A DNA stretch of 63,524 bases, the filler included, from Craspedostauros australis (Eukaryota): assembly GCA_030167865.1 (NCBI GenBank). It is 19 parts of 19 records of this genome, joined end to end, with 100 filler letters (N's around TTAATTAATTAA, not from the genome) between each part and the next. Parts side by side here need not be neighbours in the genome. Positions count along the whole stretch, not along the records: positions 1 to 8,002 come from JALAGF010000673.1; positions 8,103 to 10,534 come from JALAGF010000674.1; positions 10,635 to 11,971 come from JALAGF010000676.1; 16 more parts are not named here. One strand, written 5' to 3'. Made by a program: the position numbers and the translations under genes. Of the stretch, positions 1 to 12,071 are shown piece by piece (positions within the stretch are counted from its first letter, which is position 1; each line of letters opens with the position of its first letter). The notes under the pieces are model-generated. The model saw only the letters and a list, made by a program, of their open reading frames with translations, made no database searches and had not been told where the DNA came from.

Positions 1-1677
1 GCCATTGTGGAATCGTGCGAATTGTCGTTGCGCATGTGCCTCTTCTCGTCTCGTCTTGCGTGTGCGTACTTGCGTGTGCGTACTTGCGTAGAGCAACCTA
101 TCCTATCTCAACATGGCTGTTCGTTGTTTCACTTGATGCAGTCGCCGGAGTACGGATATAATGGACAAAGGGCGACTCGTATAGTACGAGTATGATGACA
201 ATGCTTCTGCAGCTCGAGAAGTGTGTTGGATCTGTTGGGCAACAGATTTGTGGTTGTTGTGGATTTGGAAGTCAAGGGAGAATTGATGAATGATGGGGGT
301 TGCGGTGAAATGATATCGCCAAAACTCCATCAACTTGTCGCGACTATTCTGCGAAGGCAAAGGACAAGGCCAGCACGCCGCTTGGGTTGCGTTGGTTTGT
401 GACAGCCGCTCGATCATGGCCTTCTCTGTCGCGCTGTCTGCCTCTCCGTCAGATCATTTTGACCTCGCGACTCCATCTTGCGCGCTTTCTCTCTATCCAA
501 ATCCATATCTGTGCACTATTTTCTCACTTGCAGCCTATCATGTCATGCCTACCTCTCATGTTTGCCACGATTGCGGCGAGCCGTCTCCTCAATAATTGCG
601 TTGTTCCTTCGCATCATTCAGTCCTTTATCGTTCCTGTAGGATGCTGTGGGCGATACCGTGGCGCGCCTGCTTCATGCTCCGAGTGAGCATTGTCCCATA
701 CAGTCGTGGTATGGCTCCGCTGCGGTTGAACGCGCTTGCCTTCCATGGCTTCGTTCCTCTCCAAGGAGCAATGTTCTCCATATTGAGTCCACGGAATAGA
801 TGCGCACGGTATTGATTCAGCGGACGCCACAGATTTGCGTTCGCCACGCATGCTGCATATGGTGCCGGGCGTGTCCTTCCTCCGCCTTCTACAAACATCC
901 TGCCGAACACGCCGCAGCATTGACCGTCTCAGACGGTGGTCTCAACGGTTTCCCAACTATCCGGATCCACGGCCGCGTTTGGGAACCATTGTGAGTGCAG
1001 TTCTTTTGCGTATCTGCCATGCGGTGAAGACCGGCTTGGCGCCGTCTCCTTGTTTCATAATCGGCAACAGACTGCGTCCCTTTATCGCCGCCGTTTGCTG
1101 TTGCGTCCATTTGGTGGAAAATGTGGGTGTCGGATTTCTTCTTGCGAAGTTGGCGCGCTTGTGTTGAAGCGGTCATAAATCATGTCTCACCAGGCAATGC
1201 ATTCGTTAAGTATTGGTTGCGTCAAGGCAACTGTGCGCGAACAAGGCGTTAATTGACGTTATTATATGCTCCACGGTTCTATTTGCTTTCTGCACTAAAC
1301 CACACAAGTAGTCGGCAGTTGGTATCCATAGTTCTTTTGGCAAACAGATAGACAACATCACAAGCAGCCAGCAAATGAGCAAGCCAACAACCCCGAGAGA
1401 GTGTACATGTACCGCAGCCCTTGCCGTTGGGTTGGTTCGATCGCTGTGAACTAGCATGTTCTACTTGGGAGGCGATCGTTGGGCAACGAGTATCACAGGT
1501 TGAAAACGCGCTCGCTCACGCTGCTCACAAGCTTTCACCGGATTCTTGCGGGGTTACACCAAGTGCATCTCCTGGAAGTACAGATCTGTTGTTTTTGCTC
1601 CGAAGCAAGAGGAGGATGGCACAGTGCATAAGCACCTTCTGTCCATATCTCATCCGTCGGCCATCACATTCACATTC

Positions 1678-1710
<33 letters not shown>

Positions 1711-1742
1711 GCATCTCCCAAGAGAGAGAGAGAGAGAGAGAG
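1678..1742 (+). repeat. Compound microsatellite: (CAG/CAA)n followed by (AG)n
   Basis: Directly visible. Further (AG/CT)n runs near 2150, 2300, 7441, 14829, 29843, 46089, 47095 and (CA)n at 42201. Confidence 0.9.
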
Positions 1743-2599
1743 CAACGGCCAAGAATGATCGCGAACCACACAGCTCGTTTGGTACTGGTGACAATTCTGC
1801 GATCATTGCACATCTGCTCAGAAATCAAATGCCGATCATCATCGCTATCGCTACGCGAGGATTGTGCAAACCAAGGTCAAGCTCCCTTGTTGGGATTGAG
1901 TGGGAGAATTGTGGGATATGTTTGCTCGTGCCATCCAAGCGTGCGTGTGTTGCATAGTGGCTCGTGACTCGTCGCTGGCAGCGAAAGGCTTTCTTCATTT
2001 GCAACAGTAACACAAAAACAGATTATTGGAAATGGTGCAAGATGACCTCGACTTGGAACCCTGAGCGGGCCAAGCTTGGTGCCCACTCCTGATATGAACA
2101 GAGTATGGGTATGGACACGTTGGCAGTAGAGCAATGTGGCACTGTGGAGCTCTCTGCTCTCTCTCTCTCTCTCTGCAGACGACAGTGTCAGGCGATGCTC
2201 TACTATATTCGAGTTTGGCATCAACTTGGCGGAGGACAAATCGCTGTGGAGGGTGTCAGTAAGTTGTGGTCGACGACGGTTCTGCTCGACCTTCCACAAA
2301 GAGAGAGAGAGAGAGAAACAGTCAACGCCCATTTCGTGGTTTGCTTCCACATCACTACCAAACAAGACCGTTGTGGTTGCACTGACGAACGGTTGTTTGT
2401 GTTGCTAATTCTGTCACTACTTACGAGGAGGAGGCTGCATAGGGTGCGTTGGACAGGAATGCATGATGGGGATTGAATGCTGTGCTGCACATTGTCCATA
2501 GCAAAGAGGCAGCTCCAGCAAGGTGTCCGAGATCGATCCTGGTACTCCTCTCGCGTTGCATGACAAAAGCCAAACGAAGAACAAGCGCCAAGCACATAT

Positions 2600-5500
2600 C
2601 CATGAGGAAATTCGTCCACGATAAAAGTCCAAAATTGTCTCAGGAGACCAAGCGGATTTGAGGAGTGCCAAAATCGGTCTCCTCAGACCAAAATCAAGTA
2701 ACGCGACGTTTTATTGTGATGGCATTTTCTTCGACCATCTCGACTAACTCAATTTGTTCGCGCTCACTTTTCCCCTCCTCATATCGTTTTTTCCGATTTC
2801 TCACAATGTCCTGGCATGCCCTCCTGTTTACTATGGCTCAATGCTTCTCCTGGATGCATTGAGCCACTTGCATCTCATCACAGTTCTTCGTATACATCTG
2901 TTCATTGCATGCTTATCCACGTCCACCACGCTCTTCACAGGACATGATCGTTCCACAGTGTTCTTCCTCTTGCATCACAATGATTTGTGGCCGCGCCTCT
3001 TCACAGGAACAATACATCACCCCATATTGATGGAAGTTTGTGTGTTATTACTTTGCTATATGTTACATCTCGACCCATTCCCATGGCTGTACTTTCCTTG
3101 TTGAGCTGCTGCGCACGTTCGCGGTCGTTGTGGAGTTGTCTCCAAGTGCGTCCGCCGTCTCTGTGGTGCTGGTGCATCGGCGTTTCGCACCACCCCCACT
3201 TGGTACATCACCTTCATCTACCTTTCCTCACCACCCACTCCAACACAGTGGAGGGCCTGCTTCATGAAGGGAGCCTCGTTTTTGTGGCCCAGCTTTTCGA
3301 GCTTTCTGGCCTTGCCCCGAACCGACTTCATGAACCACGATTGTAACATGAGAGTTGTGAGGTCATGGTCAAGCTTGTGCATCCACTCTGAAGTGGTGCT
3401 TCCCTCCTGGAAACTGGATGGATGGTTGGGCTCCTGCTCGATCTCCTTCATCGCCAGGGCAACCAATCTCTCCACAAACTTCTCTCGTGGCATTTTCGTT
3501 ACATTGGTGTTGGGGAGACAAGCCTTGAGGTCATTCTTGAGGGAGGCATCGCTGATGGCCACGAATCGCCGTCGAACCTTGTTGTCATCAACGAGGATGG
3601 TGTGGAGCATTTTGCATCGTGTGGCTCTGGTTCGCTGGAGCTTACTGCGGTAACCATGAGTTCGATGAACTCTTTGTCAGGGAAGGCATCCTCTTCAGGG
3701 GCATCGTCGCGGAGAGAGGAGAGAAGTGCAATTTCAACATGACGGGAATCGAAGGTGGGAGTTGTGAGTTTGGAGTATAAATCAAGTGCGCGCAATCTCG
3801 CTTTTTCTGCTTGCAACACATTGTGGTACTTCGCCTTCCGACCAAGCACGTCATATCCCAAGTAGCGGCCAATGCACTCCCATGCAGGTTGATTGAATAT
3901 GGTGGCGTTGTTGGTGTTGCACCACTCTCCACTTTCAAGCACCTTCTGTATCATGCTGTAGGTGGAGGTGCTCGTGAACGTGAAGTGGTGGTGGACGAAC
4001 CACAGATGGTCACCCTGGCCACAGTTGAATCCATCCACAGGCAGATCCCACACCATATCTGCCCAACGCTGTTTCACATTCTTCGATGCGGCAGCCACAA
4101 CGCCGGTTGTGCCAAGGGGAGTTTGGGATATGGCAGCTCTGACTGCCGACGATCATGTTGGATTGACAGTGCACATTTGGAAGAAGTGTGGGTAGTGCGA
4201 GGATCTTGGATTGTTCCCATACTTGTCCTCCACCATGTCTTGGTATTATTGTTGGTCACTGGCGTTGCTGAGAGTGAGGCCCCACTCGAAGCCACTCGAT
4301 CTTGTGGAGAGTGCAAGTACAGTTTGTTCGTTGAGACGGTATCCATAGCATGTCAATTGTTGTTTGCCAATGCTGTTGGTGACAGCACTATGCACCATCC
4401 TTGGCCCCTTCCTCCCAATATTCATTTGGAGTGCACCCTTGCCAATGGATGGGCCGAAAGTGAATGGTAGGTATCCAGCTCGCATGTGTGTACCCTCCAG
4501 ATTGGCACCCCTGGTAGTGAGGTAGACGGTAGTGCTGTGGCAGTTGTATCTTCGATTTGTCATGAGGGTTAGATTTCGAAAAGAACCATCGGGTTCTTTT
4601 AGTTGGGTGAACAACCGATAGGTGTCGTCATCCAACCCATCTTGGCAAGCGGCCAACCCCACAACAAGTCCAGAAGCAGACTGGACAAGAGTGTTCAGGG
4701 TTAATCTGAAGGAATGCAGAAGACGGAAACGAGACGGAGACCTGGGGTGAGGAATTGAAATATGAAATGGAGATGCCACCCCTCTGCAACAAAGCACACA
4801 ATGCTGTTTGTCACTTACCCATTACGATTTGCATGAGTATGTCTCATGCCAAGCAGATATCTGCTCTCCGCACGGCTGCTGCAATGGACCTTGTCATCAT
4901 CCAATGTGACGATCCAATTTGGGCAACCATGCCGAAGACAAAGAACCTCAAGCATCATGTTGAAAGCACTTTCCAATTCGGTCCAAACAAAGCGATGGTC
5001 ATTCCGAGAGACAGGGTTTCCATTGCGTTGAATACGATCCCAGAGATTGATGTAGTGCTGTCTGGTGGGAAAGCTGGGAAGTGTGACAGCATTGCTGCCA
5101 TTGTAGAGCCGATGAATGGTGCAGCCTTCCACCATCTGTGATGTGATGGCATAGAGGAACTCCATGTACTCAACATATGAGAAACCCAGCCCGCTTGGGC
5201 CAAATGCACAGATGAAAATGGGAGATGTGGGACCCAGCACATTGTGGATCAAGTCATGGGGTGTTGGCACATATGGTGGAGACCCAGGAGGACTCTTGGG
5301 GAAGCGTTGCAAGACAGCTGTTCACAGTGGACAAATCTCTTCCTTTGCATGGAGGAGAGCAAGCTTGTGCGCTTCTCCAACAGTCACTTTTGTTGCATGG
5401 TCATAGGCTGAGAGCACCTTCCACTCCGCAGAGATCTCCCTACTCCCCTTCTTGGGAGGGAGGACGATGTGATGGCTGTAGCCAGGAAGCTAGCACAGTT

Positions 5501-6149
5501 TGACTCCAAAATTGCCAACAGGATCTGGAGGCACTACTGTAGGCACCACACCCTCGTCATCACTGTTGACACAGATGCCATTTCCTTCTTCTTCATGGGC
5601 GTGTTTGCCTGCATCACCCATTCCATCATCCAAAACTTGTCCAAAGGGATGAAGCTGCTGGGATGGAGAGACGTTGCCATGGCTGGTTGTTGCAAGTGGA
5701 GTGGAAGCTGTGGGCAAGTCATCATTAGCATTGGGAGCATCAGGCGGAAGAGAAGATGCCATGATGAAGGTGACATATCGAAGAAGGCAAGCTGGAAGAA
5801 GAAGGCAGTATGGGGGATGCTGCGAATGATAAGCAAGGAGGTGCGAGGTTGATGGGATGAAATGAACCACAGCAGGCAAGGAGGTTGGAGAGGGAGGGTT
5901 GTTGCCATCTGGAGGAAAGTGAAGAAACAACGATGATGAAGAAAATCTTGGAGGAGCAGATGTCGGAACGCAGAGGTTGCAATTTTTTTAGTCGAAGTAT
6001 TCGACCGAAAAAATCCTATCGTGGAGAGATATCACGTGGAACTGAAAATTGTCTCCTCAGACCGGATTTTGGCGAACCTCCGGGTAACTTTGTCTCCTGA
6101 GCCCAAAATGGCCATTTTTGGTCTCCACAGACAGACATTTTCTTTATGG
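2600..6149 (-). mobile_element. piggyBac-like DNA transposon with ATAT target-site duplication; internally deleted, decayed copy with both ends present
   Basis: ATAT at 2596-2599 and 6150-6153. Left end CCATGAGGAAATT vs reverse complement of right end CCATAAAGAAAAT (10/13). Subterminal inverted block CTCAGGAGAC-x-AAG..GAGG..GCCAAAATC(C)GGTCT at both ends (~2639-2695, ~6045-6105). Interior is repeated at 53747-56518. Confidence 0.8.
3218..5762 (-). pseudogene. Spliced piggyBac/IS4-like DDE transposase with YqaJ-like exonuclease motifs (copy 1, disrupted)
   Basis: ATG at 5762 (MASSLPP). A GTAAGT...TTCAG intron at 4818-4706 joins HTHANRNG to LTLNTLVQSASG in frame. Motifs IVTLDDDK, (D/N)RxY..FL..RG....GT, ALST, then QGDHLWFVH..FTFTST and GHKNE. 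Several stops/frameshifts not shared with copy 2. Confidence 0.7.
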
Positions 6150-8002
6150 ATATGCGTTGCAGCCTTTTGCTCCTCTATCATGCTGCCAACAGGAAGGAAT
6201 CAGCCATCCGTCATCCACCACCCCACAACATGTAACCGTCTTTTCAGAATCAATGAAGGTACATACTGGAACGAACTGCGTCTTGATCCAAATCGCAGGG
6301 GGCAGTGATGCGATGATCGCCTCATCTCTGGATGAAACACGTACATACATGCATACATACATTGTCAGTAGCTTGCCTCGGTTTCGCAGCACAGGTACAA
6401 ACAGGACGAGATTCGATGGATAGATCATTCATTAGTTCGTTCTGTTGGATAAGGTAGACCTGGAAGAGAGAAAGTGATTCCTTGTCTTCATAGCACATGC
6501 AATTGTAGCGAAACGTAGCACAGCATAGGACTCTGGGAGTATGGTCGCCAAGAGAATTTATCTTCCTTCTCCTCCTCCTCCTGTATGCCACACAAGCCAG
6601 CCAGGTCTACGGCGAGTGCTGCCAACAATTGGCATGGACGAGGATTCTGTGATTGTCTGCACAATGTCTCCAATAACACTTTCATCCCATCACCTTGACA
6701 AAAGTCATCAGGATTACCATCGACGTCATCAATGCTGTTTTGAACCAGAACCCAAGCACAACACTTCATCTCATGAGAACGGTGAAGGCACAGTGCTGTT
6801 TTTGGCTTCGTTGCCGATGTAGAGAGCCACCGGTGACAGAGTCAGCATTGCAGATGGGAAATAGGAAACGGGAGCACGGTGTCAGCATCCACATGGCCAC
6901 CATAGGCAAAGAGTGCATGGACAAAAGTTGGTGAGGTGACAAGACACTGCCCTTCTCGTTCACAGGCACATCCAACCTCCACGGCAACCGATTCCATCTT
7001 GTTGTCCAACATGTCAGGCCCAAGTCGTGAAGGACAGAAGGCAGAAACAAACGATCGGAGAGCACGACGAAATGATATGTTAACTCGAACTCTAGTCGCA
7101 GAGGTTGCATGAAGTCTTCCTGACACTCTTGACAAGATCACCTCACGAGAGGGGTTCGAGTGGCCCCAGAACTCGGGAACGCGCCCCGCCAAAGGTGAAG
7201 GGTTGCCTCTGTCCGTCGCAAAGAAAACAGAAGGACCAGTTTCTCTCCTCTATTGTACCCCGTGGTGCGGTACTCCTCGTCGAGGTGACTCTCCGACTAC
7301 TCCGCCTCGGCACCTCTACTGCTGTATACGCCAACCAATTGGATGTGCCAACTGTGCTCTTCTCTCTGCCTGATCCAATCATGCCCCGCCGATTTTATCT
7401 GTGCCAACTCGGGCGGACGCTTGAGCAGGTTCAACCCAAAGAGAGAGAGAGAGCTGGGGGACTGATCGATTGGTGCCAGAAACCACAGCAGCATCAACAA
7501 CAACACCAAGACGCGATTCTTCCGCGCTCTCGATTGCAACAGATTTACACCCTCGCCGAGCTCGCCGCGAAGAGGAGACCATGTGCCCAACCAATCCGCA
7601 ACGGTACGTTGAGCACAGCACGCCACCTTTCGCCTTGACCGCACCATGCTTCTTTGTGTATCGTACTCCTTGGCGTGTCTGGCGCGAACGCTGACTTGTC
7701 ACCCAAATTTTCGCTTTGGCGCCGGATACCAGAGAGGTACAATGCCATGGAGTAAAGTACTACACGGGTTTGCGTGTTCTTGTGTCCGATAGCACAGGGA
7801 CACTCGGCAAATGTATCAACCACGTCAGTATTCGACTAATTCGACCTAATCGCTCTTCTCCTTCAATTCTTCGCTTCGTTCTCCTCTTCGAAGGCCATCG
7901 CTGTAAAAAGTACGTTGGGAATGATATGTTAAATAATGGCTCTCACTTTAATATCAATGACATTTATTCAGGCATGCACCTGCCGTATTGATATTTGTTG
8001 TT

Positions 8003-8102
8003 NNNNNNNNNNNNNNNNNNNNNNNNNNNNNNNNNNNNNNNNNNNNTTAATTAATTAANNNNNNNNNNNNNNNNNNNNNNNNNNNNNNNNNNNNNNNNNN
8101 NN
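8003..8102. other. Artificial scaffold linker (44N-TTAATTAATTAA-44N), first of 18
   Basis: Six-frame-stop 12-mer starts at 8047, 10579, 12016, 15096, 24404, 26129, 30201, 31466, 38087, 42145, 45563, 51880, 53691, 56563, 57765, 59251, 60655, 61956, always inside N runs. Confidence 0.98.
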
Positions 8103-9167
8103 ACATTCTTCGTCTCCCTGCAGGATGCCGTCACCGCAAACAAGGATCTTGCATTGAGATGTGCAACCATCCTCGTCGTCGGAATTACCATCGTCACATT
8201 CTTCGTCTTCTTGCTTGATGCCATCGCCGCAGATTGGCAATTTGCATTTGTTGGTGCAATCATCGTTGTTGATGTCGTTGCCATCGTCGCATTCTTCGCN
8301 NNNNNNNNNNNNNNNNNNNNNNNNNNNNNNNNNNNNNNNNNNNNNNNNNNNNNNNNNNNNNNNNNNNNNNNNNNNNNNNNNNNNNNNNNNNNNNNNNNNN
8401 NNNNNNNNNNNNNNNNNNNNNNNNNNNNNNNNNNNNNNNNNNNNNNNNNNNNNNNNNNNNNNNNNNNNNNNNNNNNNNNNNNNNNNNNNNNNNNNNNCTT
8501 GCACAATGCCATCTCCGCACTTCGGGAGGAGGCACTCGTTGGTGCACCCGTCGTCGTTGACGTCGTTGCCGTCGTCACACAGCTCGCCTGTTTCGAGCTT
8601 TCCGTTGCCACAGACTGCGAACGGGGTGGGGTCACAGGTTGGCACACAGTCGAGGAGGAAGGTGAACTTGATGGTTGGATATCCGTTGGTCAAATCGGCA
8701 TGGCAGCACTCTGGGGTCTTGCCAGTACCAATGGTTGCGTNGATGGTTGGGTCTCGGACGTAGAGNGAGACGANGGCNACGGGCTTGAGGCAGAGGCATT
8801 CCGCGCGGAAGACCNCATCNGCNGGCTNCCCGGGCTCCAGATCGGCGTCCANGGTNCACGTGGCTCTNTNGAGNTTGTTCTCCNGNTACTCGGTGTAGAT
8901 CTCCTTGATGGATCCAGCCGTGGAAAACACGTTGTAGACCTTGAACTCGACGAAGGTCTTGTTTTGGCTGATGATCTCGATGGGAGGAAGATCGTAGCTG
9001 GCACCTTCCGTGGAATGGAGGAGCTCATAGTCCAACGGACAGACCTCGCTGCCAGTTGCGGGTTCATCGCTGTTCGCGACCGCGTCGCCTTGGGCGTACA
9101 CAGCGGGAATGGCGGCAAGGGCGGATACGAGCAACGCCCAGACAGCACCCTTCCTTGCAAACTTCAT
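8103..9167 (-). CDS. Secreted protein: signal peptide, Cys-containing N-terminal domain, Myxococcus-type Cys-rich (DUF4215-like) repeats; 3' partial
   Basis: [25 protein letters not shown] signal peptide from ATG 9167; tandem CGDGxxQxxEECDDGNxxxxDGCTxxC repeats; internal N gap; runs off the scaffold. Confidence 0.85.
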
Positions 9168-9408
9168 CGTGATGGTTGTTTGGTTTGGTTTGGTTTGTTG
9201 GCTTGTTCGTAGCTGTTGGTTTGATTTGTTGTTGGTCGACGCGTTGTATGTCGAAGTCGCAATGAGTCTGTTGGAAGAGAAGTGGCTTGGCGGCACTTTG
9301 GAGACGCTAAGCGGAAGATCTGATCATGAAAGCAACGGCAGGCGTATTGGTTTGCGTTGGGCGACGAGCAGGGTGGATGCATGGTGAGTGAGGTGAGGTG
9401 GGGTGACA

Positions 9409-9463
9409 TAGAGTAGAGTAGAGTAGAGTAGAGTAGAGTAGAGTAGAGCAGAGTAGAGTAGAG
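9409..9463 (+). repeat. (AGAGT)n pentanucleotide microsatellite
   Basis: About 11 units with one variant, upstream of the secreted-protein gene. Confidence 0.9.
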
Positions 9464-10634
9464 TCGGTGCGAGTGCATCGCAATACGAAGGCACGGCGGA
9501 AACCGAGGATTCCAACGCGGCAAACTTACCACTCGAGTTTGGCTTTTGCACTTTGGTCGAGTGAAGAAATTGTGAGCAAAGAGGAAGTGGACGAGACAAA
9601 AGAACAGAAATTGGTGTTTGCACCCAACAAGACCGATCAATCACGATTTTCTTGCATCGACATCGCTGCATATTGTCGAGGTGGGACACGAAGCCACCCC
9701 CAAGCTTCAACCACAAAGCGCAACGTGATCGTTTGTTGGCCATGAGTTCCCACCAGCGCATAAGCAGTGGCAGGTGTCGTGAGTTGATCCAAGACCACAT
9801 ACTTTTTGGGCAGACAGAGCGCGGAATATACAAGCCAGTACTCCACGCTACGGTACCCTACAGCCCAGTCTGCACCCAACCTGAGGGAGATCAGCACTCG
9901 TATTTCCTGTATCTCCGTGTACGCAGCCAATGTTTGGGAACTTCACGATCTGTGATCGGAGCGTTTCTGGAAAACGGGTGCATGCTTTGCTCCAGATTTA
10001 TAGGATTCCTCCGTCATGGATGAGGATATAAAGCGGCGATGCCCTAAGTATTGGATTCTGATTTCCCATGGGCGTTTGGTGTGAATGCAATGCTCGAGGC
10101 GAATCGGCAATTCGACACGTGAATAGTGGGGTGGTTCTGATTGTTGATGCATTGTAATCAGAGATCGTGCGTGGATTGCTCGCGACACGAAGAATCACCA
10201 GTTCTTTGCGCTGTGATGTGAAGCGCCCAAACGCGATTGAATCACCACAAGAATGTCGGTTGTGCATGGGCGAGCGTGAAATACCATTCGATGAGCGCAC
10301 TCTCTGCGTCTGTTCCATCAATGCTGGATTCACGGATCGATCACGATGCCGATCAATGACAAATCGCTTTGGGCCTCTTTTGTGGAGTTCTACAGCGAGC
10401 GAGTATGTGTTGCGCGATACCGACATTCTCTGTTCCTGATTCACGAAGGTGCTGTGATCGATGAACTAATAGTCCATGTGCGCCAAAGCGCACGACACGC
10501 TCCCTTTGGGAAGTGTACCACTATTCAACTCTTCNNNNNNNNNNNNNNNNNNNNNNNNNNNNNNNNNNNNNNNNNNNNTTAATTAATTAANNNNNNNNNN
10601 NNNNNNNNNNNNNNNNNNNNNNNNNNNNNNNNNN

Positions 10635-11971
10635 AATGTGAGTTGGTGAATTTTGTTCACTCACAATCGGGGTTCTTGTGTTTGGCGTTTCTGGCAACAA
10701 TTTTGCTGGCGGATCGTCGTCGTGTGAGGGAAGAAATCGCTGATGATCGGCTTCATCCTCTCGCTCGATGTCCCGCTCTTCCATAGCAATGACATCATCG
10801 TCATCGAACGGTATTTGATACGTAGTGTCGCCAAACATGTGCGCCCATTCCGTTGAATTGTAGTCTGGGAGATCAACCGGATCAGTCGCTATCGTCGCGA
10901 ACCAATCGTCAAACACAACGTGAAATTGTGGTGTGATCGATCCTGTCCTCGGCGAGAGGACCAGCGGAACTGTGGACGCGTGACGAGCGGAGAGTCCCAT
11001 GTTCACATAGCGCTCCCCACNTGGTTCCCATCTTGGTATCTTGCGGCCGTCGCCGAGCGCCTTGTTCAAGACGTAGACGGGGCTGCCCCACACATGTAGG
11101 TTGTGCAGCTGCTTCAGGGGCATGCGCGTGCGCGAGAGAATATCCAAAGGCGTGAGTCCTGTTGCTGCGTTTGGTACGCGATTGTGTACGTAAGCGGCAT
11201 GAACGACGGCCATGGGCCAGTGTTGGGCATCGAACATCGTAGGCCAATGAATGCTTTGATGCATCATCATTGTTCGTGCCATGGAGATGATCGTGCGGAT
11301 GCTGCGCTCGGCCACTCCGTTGTGATGGTGAGCGCCGACTCCAGCGAAGCGGTGCACTTGATGGAACTGTTTGAGGTGTTCGGCGTAATCTGGCGATGTG
11401 AAGGTGGTGGCGTTGTCCGAGAGGTACGAGCGCACAGGCACACCCACATCACGGCACATGGACTCGAAGCGTTCCTTGGCTTCCAACATAGCGTGGGTCG
11501 TGAGGGATGCGACTGGCTCCACGTGTATGTAGCCAGATGCGTGGTCCACAAACATTGCTCCACCCTTGTACATCTCCGACGCATCGGACTTGCCTCTTCC
11601 TGTGAAGAGGCGGCCCAAGGTGCGTCCCACGAAGTGGTCCACGGAGACTTGTTGACCCGGGAAGAGGTGATCCGTTTTGATCACTCCTTGTCGGTCTTGG
11701 ACGGCGTGTTGTGTTGTGCCTGGTGTCGTCCTGCGATGCTGTTTGCCGAATTGGCACGCCGCACACAGTGGGCATTCTCGAACGCGGGCGGCGGCTGTTT
11801 GCATCTTCCGTGATACCTCAGTGTTGACGAGGGCGCCGGATCGAAGCAAGAACTGCACTCGTCTGAAGGAGAGGTGCCCGAGGCGATAATGCCACTTGAG
11901 CAGTTCCTTTTGCGGTTGAGTCAGATTTTGGTTCTGTTGTGCTACGGAGGTGATGGTTGTAGTGAGCGCCG
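10635..11971 (-). mobile_element. Ty1/Copia (CoDi-like) pol fragment: GAG-pre-integrase and rve integrase
   Basis: ELLKWHYRLGH...CAACQFGK zinc motif; VSVDH / SDNA / NGVAER DDE triad; SITPQFHVVFDD. Frame appears open across the scaffold. Confidence 0.92.
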
Positions 11972-12071
11972 NNNNNNNNNNNNNNNNNNNNNNNNNNNNN
12001 NNNNNNNNNNNNNNNTTAATTAATTAANNNNNNNNNNNNNNNNNNNNNNNNNNNNNNNNNNNNNNNNNNNN

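Noticed and set aside
600..1180. Short minus-strand ORFs that might be a decayed gene
   Set aside because: No motif I can assign; fragmented frames.
6480..7110. Possible decayed ARM-like gene
   Set aside because: Only a vague helical-repeat impression over broken frames; unsupported.
7140..7180. tRNA suggested by GGTTCGAGT
   Set aside because: No D-arm, A box or proper T-stem geometry.
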